A DNA stretch of 64,000 bases from Auanema rhodensis (Eukaryota; Animalia; Nematoda), in assembly GCA_964057225.1 (NCBI GenBank), contig OZ059900.1, positions 21,018,001 to 21,082,000 on the forward strand. Direction: 5' to 3'. The notes under the pieces were generated by a model, which saw nothing but the letters and a program-made list of their open reading frames with translations, was not told the origin of the DNA and made no database searches. Below, in pieces: positions 54,292 through 64,000 of the stretch. The translations under genes and the position numbers were made by a program. Each line of letters opens with the position of its first letter. Position 1 is the first letter of the stretch.

Positions 54292-57200
54292 AAAAACACA
54301 GTATTTCCCATGAGAAATATTTTATTATGCTGGAAAACCAGTTTTTGGAAATTTCGCTGTAAACAAGGTTTTGACTTACGATTTCATGTGTTCAAACTCA
54401 TGCAATGTCAATGAAACCTAGCTCAAAATTGTTCGTACAACGTCTAGTTCCACTTTCACGACAAAAAACAGGGGTTAGAAAATTAAGGAAATTAGCATAT
54501 TCTGAGGGCACGCCCCTTATGGCTAATATTGATTAAATCGATTTTTGTTCATATGAGTCGTCAAATGCAACGAATTTCAGCGTGTTACATACTAAAATGA
54601 AGCATTTTACATGCTGAACACTAGAAAAATACAAAAACACAGTATTTCCCATGAGAAATATTTTATTATGCTGGAAAACCAGTTTTTGGAAATTTCGCTG
54701 TAAACAAGGTTTTGACTTACGATTTCATGTGTTCAAACTCATGCAATGTCAATGAAACCTAGCTCAAAATTATTCCTACAACGTCTAGTTCCACTTTCAC
54801 GACAAAAAACAGGGGTTAGAAAATTAAGGAAATTAGCATATTCTGAGGGCACGCCCCTTATGGCTAATATTGATTAAATCGATTTTTGTTCATATGAGTC
54901 GTCAAATGCAACGAATTTCAGCGTGTTACATACTAAAATGAAGCATTTTACATGCTGAACACTAGAAAAATACAAAAACACAGTATTTCTCATGAGAAAT
55001 ATTTTATTATGCTGGAAAACCAGTTTTTGGAAATTTCGCTGTAAACAAGGTTTTAACTTACGATTTCATGTGTTCAAACTCATGCAATGTCAATGAAACC
55101 TAGCTCAAAATTGTTCGTACAACGTCTAGTTCCACTTTCACGACAAAAAAACAGGGGTTAGAAAATTAAGGAAATTAGCATATTCTGAGGGCACGCCCCT
55201 TATGGCTAATATTGATTAAATCGATTTTTGTTCATATGAGTCGTCAAATGCAACGAATTTCAGCGTGTTACATACTAAAAAGAAGCATTTTACATGCTGA
55301 ACACTAGAAAAATACAAAAACACAGTATTTCCCATGAAAAATATTTTATTATGCTGGAAAACCAGTTTTTGGAAATTTCGCTGTAAACAAGGTTTTGACT
55401 TACGATTTCATGTGTTCAAACTCATGCAATGTCAATGAAACCTAGCTCAAAATTGTTCGTACAACGTCTAGTTCCACTTTCACGACAAAAAAACAGGGGT
55501 TAGAAAATTAAGGAAATTAGCATATTCTGAGGGCACGCCCCTTATGGCTAATATTGATTAAATCGATTTTTGTTCATATGAGTCGTCAAATGCAACGAAT
55601 TTCAGCGTGTTACATACTTAAATGAAGCATTTTACATGCTGAACACTAGAAAAATACAAAAACACAGTATTTCTCATGAGAAATATTTTATTATGCTGGA
55701 AAACCAGTTTTTGGAAATTTCGCTGTAAACAAGGTTTTGACTTACGATTTCATGTGTTCAAACTCATGCAATGTCAATGAAACCTAGCTCAAAATTGTTC
55801 GTACAACGTCTAGTTCCACTTTCACGACAAAAAAACAGGGGTTAGAAAATTAAGGAAATTAGCATATTCTGAGGGCACGCCCCTTATGGCTAATATTGAT
55901 TAAATCGATTTTTGTTCATATGAGTCGTCAAATGCAACGAATTTCAGCGTGTTACATACTAAAATGAAGCATTTTACATGCTGAACACTAGAAAAATACA
56001 AAAACACAGTATTTCCCATGAAAAATATTTTATTATGCTGGAAAACCAGTTTTTGGAAATTTCGCTGTAAACAAGGTTTTGACTTACGATTTCATGTGTT
56101 CAAACTCATGCAATGTCAATGAAACCTAGCTCAAAATTGTTCGTACAACGTCTAGTTCCACTTTCACGACAAAAAAACAGGGGTTAGAAAATTAAGGAAA
56201 TTAGCATATTCTGAGGGCACGCCCCTTATGGCTAATATTGATTAAATCGATTTTTGTTCATATGAGTCGTCAAATGCAACGAATTTCAGCGTGTTACATA
56301 CTTAAATGAAGCATTATACATGCTGAACACTAGAAAAATACAAAAACACAGTATTTCTCATGAGAAATATTTTATTATGCTGGAAAACCAGTTTTTGGAA
56401 ATTTCGCTGTAAACAAGGTTTTGACTTACGATTTCATGTGTTCAAACTCATGCAATGTCAATGAAACCTAGCTCAAAATTGTTCGTACAACGTCTAGTTC
56501 CACTTTCACGACAAAAAAACAGGGGTTAGAAAATTAAGGAAATTAGCATATTCTGAGGGCACGCCCCTTATGGCTAATATTGATTAAATCGATTTTTGTT
56601 CATATGAGTCGTCAAATGCAACGAATTTCAGCGTGTTACATACTAAAATGAAGCATTTTACATGCTGAACACTAGAAAGTTACAAAAACACAGTATTTCC
56701 CATGAGAAATATTTTATTATGCTGGAAAACCAGTTTTTGGAAATTTCGCTGTAAACAAGGTTTTGACTTACGATTTCATGTGTTCAAACTCATGCAATGT
56801 CAATGAAACCTAGCTCAAAATTGTTCGTACAACGTCTAGTTCCACTTTCACGACAAAAAAACAGGGGTTAGAAAATTAAGGAAATTAGCATATTCTGAGG
56901 GCACGCCCCTTATGGCTAATATTGATTAAATCGATTTTTGTTCATATGAGTCGTCAAATGCAACGAATTTCAGCGTGTTACATACTAAAATGAAGCATTT
57001 TACATGCTGAACACTAAAAAAATACAAAAACACAGTATTTCCCATGAGAAATATTTTATTATGCTGGAAAACCAGTTTTTGGAAATTTCGCTGTAAACAA
57101 GGTTTTGACTTACGATTTCACGTGTTCAAACTCATGCAATGTCAATGAAACCTAGCTCAAAATGGTTCGTACAACGTCTAGTTCCACTTTCACGACAAAA

Positions 57201-60200
57201 AAACAGGGGTTAGAAAATTAAGGAAATTAGCATATTCTGAGGGCACGCCCCTTATGGCTAATATTGATTAAATCGATTTTTGTTCATATGAGTCGTCAAA
57301 TGCAACGAATTTCAGCGTGTTACATACTTAAATGAAGCATTTTACATGCTGAACACTAGAAAGTTACAAAAACACAGTATTTCTCATGAGAAATATTTTA
57401 TTATGCTGGAAAACCAGTTTTTGGAAATTTCGCTGTAAACAAGGTTTTGACTTACGATTTCATGTGTTCAAACTCATGCAATGTCAATGAAACCTAGCTC
57501 AAAATTGTTCGTACAACGTCTAGTTCCACTTTCACGACAAAAAAACAGGGGTTAGAAAATTAAGGAAATTAGCATATTCTGAGGGCACGCCCCTTATGTC
57601 TAATATTGATTAAATCGATTTTTGTTCATATCAGTCGTCAAATGCAACGAATTTCAGCGTGTTACATACTTAAGTGAAGCATTTTACATGCTGAACACTA
57701 GAAAAATACAAAAACACAGTATTTCTCATGAGAAATATTTTATTATGCTGGAAAACCAGTTTTTGGAAATTTCGCTGTAAACAAGGTTTTGACTTACGAT
57801 TTCATGTGTTCAAACTCATGCAATGTCATGGAAACCTAGCTCAAAATTGTTCGTACAACGTCTAGTTCCACTTTCACGACAAAAAAACAGGGGTTAGAAA
57901 ATTAAGGAAATTAGCATATTCTGAGGGCACGCCCCTTATGGCTAATATTGATTAAATCGATTTTTGTTCATATGAGTCGTCAAATGCAACGAATTTCAGC
58001 GTGTTACATACTAAAATGAAGCATTTTACATGCTGAACACTAGAAAAATACAAAAACACAGTATTTCCCATGAGAAATATTTTATTATGCTGGAAAACCA
58101 GTTTTTGGAAATTTCGCTGTAAACAAGGTTTTGACTTACGATTTCATGTGTTCAAACTCATGCAATGTCAATGAAACCTAGCTCAAAATTGTTCGTACAA
58201 CGTCTAGTTCCACTTTCACGACAAAAAAACAGGGGTTAGAAAATTAAGGAAATTAGCATATTCTGAGGGCACGCCCCTTATGGCTAATATTGATTAAATC
58301 GATTTTTGTTCATATGAGTCGTCAAATGCAACGAATTTCAGCGTGTTACATACTTAAATGAAGCATTTTACATGCTGAACACTAGAAAAATACAAAAACA
58401 CAGTATTTCTCATGAGAAATATTTTATTATGCTGGAAAACCAGTTTTTGGAAATTTCGCTGTAAACAAGGTTTTGACTTACGATTTCATGTGTTCAAACT
58501 CATGCAATGTCAATGAAACCTAGCTCAAAATTGTTTGTACAACGTCTAGTTCCACTTTCACGACAAAAAAAACAGGGGTTAGAAAATTAAGGAAATTAGC
58601 ATATTCTGAGGGCACGCCCCTTATGGCTAATATTGATTAAATCGATTTTTGTTCATATGAGTCGTCAAATGCAACGAATTTCAGCGTGTTACATACTAAA
58701 ATGAAGCATTTTACATGCTGAACACTAGAAGAATACAAAAACACAGTATTTCCCATGAGAAATATTTTATTATACTGGAAAAGAAGTTTTTGGAAATTTC
58801 GCTGTAAACAAGGTTTTGACTTACGATTTCATGTGTTCAACCTCATGCAATGTCAATGAAACTTAGCTCAAAATTGTTCGTACAACGTCTAGTTCCACTT
58901 TCACGACAAAAAAACAGGGGTTAGAAAATTAAGGAAATTAGCATATTCTGAGGGCACGCCCCTTATGGCTAATATTGATTAAATCGATTTTTGTTCATAT
59001 GAGTCGTCAAATGCAACGAATTTCAGCGTGTTACATACTAAAATGAAGCATTTTACATGCTGAACACTAGAAAAATACAAAAACACAGTATTTCCCATGA
59101 GAAATATTTAATTATGCTGGAAAACCAGTTTTTGGAAATTTCGCTGTAAGCAAGGTTTTGACTTACGATTTCATGTGTTCAAACTCATGCAATGTCAATG
59201 AAACCTAGCTCAAAATTGTTCGTACAACGTCTAGTTCCACTTTCACGACAAAAAAACAGGGGTTAGAAAATTAAGGAAATTAGCATATTCTGAGGGCACG
59301 CCCCTTATGGCTAATATTGATTAAATCGATTTTTGTTCATATGAGTCGTCAAATGCAACGAATTTCAGCGTGTTACATACTAAAATGAAGCATTTTACAT
59401 GCTGAACACTAGAAAAATACAAAAACACAGTATTTCCCATGAGAAATATTTTATTATGCTGGAAAACCAGTTTTTGGAAATTTCGCTGTAAACAAGGTTT
59501 TGACTTACGATTTCATGTGTTCAAACTCATGCAATGTCAATAAAACCTAGCTCAAAATTGTTCGTACAACGTCTAGTTCCACTTTCACGACAAAAAAACA
59601 GGGGTTAGAAAATTAAGGAAATTAGCATATTCTGAGGGCACGCCCCTTATGGCTAATATTGATTAAATCGATTTTTGTTCATATGAGTCGTCAAATGCAA
59701 CGAATTTCAGCGTGTTACATACTAAAATGAAGCATTTTACATGCTGAACACTAGAAAAATACAAAAACACAGTATTTCCCATGAGAAATATTTTATTATG
59801 CTGGAAAACCAGTTTTTGGAAATTTCGCTCTAAACAAGGTTTTGACTTACGATTTCATGTGTTCAAACTCATGCAATGTCATGGAAACCTAGCTCAAAAT
59901 TGTTCGTACAACGTCTAGTTCCACTTTCACGACAAAAAAACAGGGGTTAGAAAATTAAGGAAATTAGCATATTCTGAGGGCACGCCCCTTATGGCTAATA
60001 TTGATTAAATCGATTTTTGTTCATATGAGTCGTCAAATGCAACGAATTTCAGCGTGTTACATACTAAAATGAAGCATTTTACATGCTGAACACTAGAAAA
60101 ATACAAAAACACAGTATTTCCCATGAGAAATATTTAATTATGCTGGAAAACCAGTTTTTGGAAATTTCGCTGTAAGCAAGGTTTTGACTTACGATTTCAT

Positions 60201-63200
60201 GTGTTCAAACTCATGCAATGTCAATGAAACCTAGCTCAAAATTGTTCGTACAACGTCTAGTTCCACTTTCACGACAAAAAAACAGGGGTTAGAAAATTAA
60301 GGAAATTAGCATATTCTGAGGGCACGCCCCTTATGGCTAATATTGATTAAATCGATTTTTGTTCATATGAGTCGTCAAATGCAACGAATTTCAGCGTGTT
60401 ACATACTAAAATGAAGCATTTTACATGCTGAACACTAGAAAAATACAAAAACACAGTATTTCCCATGAGAAATATTTTATTATGCTGGAAAACCAGTTTT
60501 TGGAAATTTCGCTGTAAACAAGGTTTTGACTTACGATTTCATGTGTTCAAACTCATGCAATGTCAATAAAACCTAGCTCAAAATTGTTCGTACAACGTCT
60601 AGTTCCACTTTCACGACAAAAAAACAGGGGTTAGAAAATTAAGGAAATTAGCATATTCTGAGGGCACGCCCCTTATGGCTAATATTGATTAAATCGATTT
60701 TTGTTCATATGAGTCGTCAAATGCAACGAATTTCAGCGTGTTACATACTAAAATGAAGCATTTTACATGCTGAACACTAGAAAAATACAAAAACACAGTA
60801 TTTCCCATGAGAAATATTTTATTATGCTGGAAAACCAGTTTTTGGAAATTTCGCTCTAAACAAGGTTTTGACTTACGATTTCATGTGTTCAAACTCATGC
60901 AATGTCAATAAAACCTAGCTCAAAATTGTTTGTACAACGTCTAGTTCCACTTTCACGACAAAAAACAGGGGTTAGAAAATTAAGGAAATTAGCATATTCT
61001 GAGGGCACGCCCCTTATGGCTAATATTGATTAAATCGATTTTTGTTCATATGAGTCGTCAAATGCAACGAATTTCAGCGTGTTACATACTAAAATGAAGC
61101 ATTTCACATGCTGAACACTAGAAAAATACAAAAACACAGTATTTCCCATGAGAAATATTTTATTATGCTGGAAAACCAGTTTTTGGAAATTTCGCTGTAA
61201 ACAAGGTTTTGACTTACGATTTCATGTGTTCAAACTCATGCAATGTCAATGAAACCTAGCTCAAAATTGTTCGTACAACGTCTAGTTCCACTTTCACGAC
61301 AAAAAACAGGGGTTAGAAAATTAAGGAAATTAGCATATTCTGAGGGCACGCCCCTTATGTCTAATATTGATTAAATCGATTTTTGTTCATATCAGTCGTC
61401 AAATGCAACGAATTTCAGCGTGTTACATACTTAAGTGAAGCATTTTACATGCTGAACACTAGAAAAATACAAAAACACAGTATTTCTCATGAGAAATATT
61501 TTATTATGCTGGAAAACCAGTTTTTGGAAATTTCGCTGTAAACAAGGTTTTGACTTACGATTTCATGTGTTCAAACTCATGCAATGTCATGGAAACCTAG
61601 CTCAAAATTGTTCGTACAACGTCTAGTTCCACTTTCACGACAAAAAAACAGGGGTTAGAAAATTAAGGAAATTAGCATATTCTGAGGGCACGCCCCTTAT
61701 GGCTAATATTGATTAAATCGATTTTTGTTCATATGAGTCGTCAAATGCAACGAATTTCAGCGTGTTACATACTAAAATGAAGCATTTTACATGCTGAACA
61801 CTAGAAAAATACAAAAACACAGTATTTCCCATGAGAAATATTTTATTATGCTGGAAAACCAGTTTTTGGAAATTTCGCTGTAAACAAGGTTTTGACTTAC
61901 GATTTCATGTGTTCAAACTCATGCAATGTCAATGAAACCTAGCTCAAAATTGTTCGTACAACGTCTAGTTCCACTTTCACGACAAAAAAACAGGGGTTAG
62001 AAAATTAAGGAAATTAGCATATTCTGAGGGCACGCCCCTTATGGCTAATATTGATTAAATCGATTTTTGTTCATATGAGTCGTCAAATGCAACGAATTTC
62101 AGCGTGTTACATACTTAAATGAAGCATTTTACATGCTGAACACTAGAAAAATACAAAAACACAGTATTTCTCATGAGAAATATTTTATTATGCTGGAAAA
62201 CCAGTTTTTGGAAATTTCGCTGTAAACAAGGTTTTGACTTACGATTTCATGTGTTCAAACTCATGCAATGTCAATGAAACCTAGCTCAAAATTGTTTGTA
62301 CAACGTCTAGTTCCACTTTCACGACAAAAAAAACAGGGGTTAGAAAATTAAGGAAATTAGCATATTCTGAGGGCACGCCCCTTATGGCTAATATTGATTA
62401 AATCGATTTTTGTTCATATGAGTCGTCAAATGCAACGAATTTCAGCGTGTTACATACTAAAATGAAGCATTTTACATGCTGAACACTAGAAGAATACAAA
62501 AACACAGTATTTCCCATGAGAAATATTTTATTATACTGGAAAACCAGTTTTTGGAAATTTCGCTGTAAACAAGGTTTTGACTTACGATTTCATGTGTTCA
62601 ACCTCATGCAATGTCAATGAAACCTAGCTCAAAATTGTTCGTACAACGTCTAGTTCCACTTTCACGACAAAAAAAACAGGGGTTAGAAAATTAAGGAAAT
62701 TAGCATATTCTGAGGGCACGCCCCTTATGGCTAATATTGATTAAATCGATTTTTGTTCATATGAGTCGTCAAATGCAACGAATTTCAGCGTGTTACATAC
62801 TAAAATGAAGCATTTTACATGCTGAACACTAGAAAAATACAAAAACACAGTATTTCCCATGAGAAATATTTTATTATGCTGGAAAACCAGTTTTTGGAAA
62901 TTTCGCTGTAAACAAGGTTTTGACTTACGATTTCATGTGTTCAACCTCATGCAATGTCAATGAAACCTAGCTCAAAATTGTTCGTACAACGTCTAGTTCC
63001 ACTTTCACGACAAAAAAACAGGGGTTAGAAAATTAAGGAAATTAGCATATTCTGAGGGCACGCCCCTTATGGCTAATATTGATTAAATCGATTTTTGTTC
63101 ATATGAGTCGTCAAATGCAACGAATTTCAGCGTGTTACATACTAAAATGAAACATTTTACATGCTGAACACTAGAAAAATACAAAAACACAGTATTTCCC

Positions 63201-64000
63201 ATGAGAAATATTTAATTATGCTGGAAAACCAGTTTTTGGAAATTTCGCTGTAAGCAAGGTTTTGACTTACGATTTCATGTGTTCAAACTCATGCAATGTC
63301 AATGAAACCTAGCTCAAAATTGTTCGTACAACGTCTAGTTCCACTTTCACGACAAAAAAACAGGGGTTAGAAAATTAAGGAAATTAGCATATTCTGAGGG
63401 CACGCCCCTTATGGCTAATATTGATTAAATCGATTTTTGTTCATATGAGTCGTCAAATGCAACGAATTTCAGCGTGTTACATACTAAAATGAAGCATTTT
63501 ACATGCTGAACACTAGAAAAATACAAAAACACAGTATTTCCCATGAGAAATATTTTATTATAATGGAAAACCAGTTTTTGGAAATTTCGCTGTAAACAAG
63601 GTTTTGACTTACGATTTCATGTGTTCAAACTCATGCAATGTCAATGACACCTAGCTCAAAATTGTTCGTACAACGTCTAGTTCCACTTTCACGACAAAAA
63701 AAACAGGGGTTCGAAAATTAAGGAAATTAGCATATTCTGAGGGCACGCCCCTTATAGCTAATATTGATTAAATCGATTTTTGTTCATATGAGTCGTCAAA
63801 TGCAACGAATTTCAGCGTGTTACATACTAAAATGAAGCATTTTACATGCTGAACACTAGAAAAATACAAAAACACAGTATTTCCCATGAGAAATATTTTA
63901 TTATGCTGGAAAACCAGTTTTTGGTAATTTCGCTCTAAACAAGGTTTTGACTTACGATTTCATGTGTTCAAACTCATGCAATGTCAATAAAACCTAGCTC
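54292..64000 (+). repeat. 342-bp tandem satellite, forward block C (~28 monomers, runs off the window)
   Basis: Forward monomers resume at aaaaacacagtatttccc (monomer position 226) directly after the inverted block, with no insert. Confidence 0.99.
57485..63600 (+). repeat. Local 11-monomer duplication with nested 3-mer (boundaries approximate)
   Basis: A monomer carrying tatgtctaat, atatcagtc, ttaagtgaag and gtcatggaaa occurs at ~57.6 kb and ~61.4 kb (offset 3761). atatttaatt with taagcaagg occurs at ~59.1 kb and ~60.1 kb (offset 1026) and at ~63.2 kb. Confidence 0.85.

Noticed and set aside
1-64000. CRISPR array, tandem 5S/tRNA/snRNA genes, or primate alpha-satellite dimer (2x171)
   Set aside because: There are no unique spacers, no recognisable RNA-gene sequence or fold, and no alpha-satellite motifs that I can identify. 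Only the unit length coincides. A BLAST/Rfam/Dfam search of the consensus would settle the family identity.

Overview
The whole 64 kb window is one highly homogeneous, AT-rich tandem satellite array with a 342-bp monomer (about 187 copies, about 34% GC by hand count of the consensus, copies differing by only a few bases). It looks like eukaryotic centromeric or pericentromeric satellite DNA; I do not recognise the family or organism. There are no credible genes, RNA genes, transposons or CRISPR arrays. The array has three orientation blocks: forward 1-35694, inverted 35726-54291 and forward 54292-64000. The most notable structure is at the junctions. Both strand switches occur at the foot of the same 37-bp imperfect hairpin of the monomer. 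The left junction carries a 31-bp insert patched together from satellite fragments, and a 138-bp microhomology deletion lies about 680 bp further on. Diagnostic SNPs show that each end of the inverted block resembles its own neighbouring flank, which fits fold-back events better than a simple inversion. SNP patterns also reveal nested local duplications of 2-13 monomers, chimeric monomers and dense dyad symmetry in the monomer. All counts and offsets were made by eye and should be confirmed computationally.
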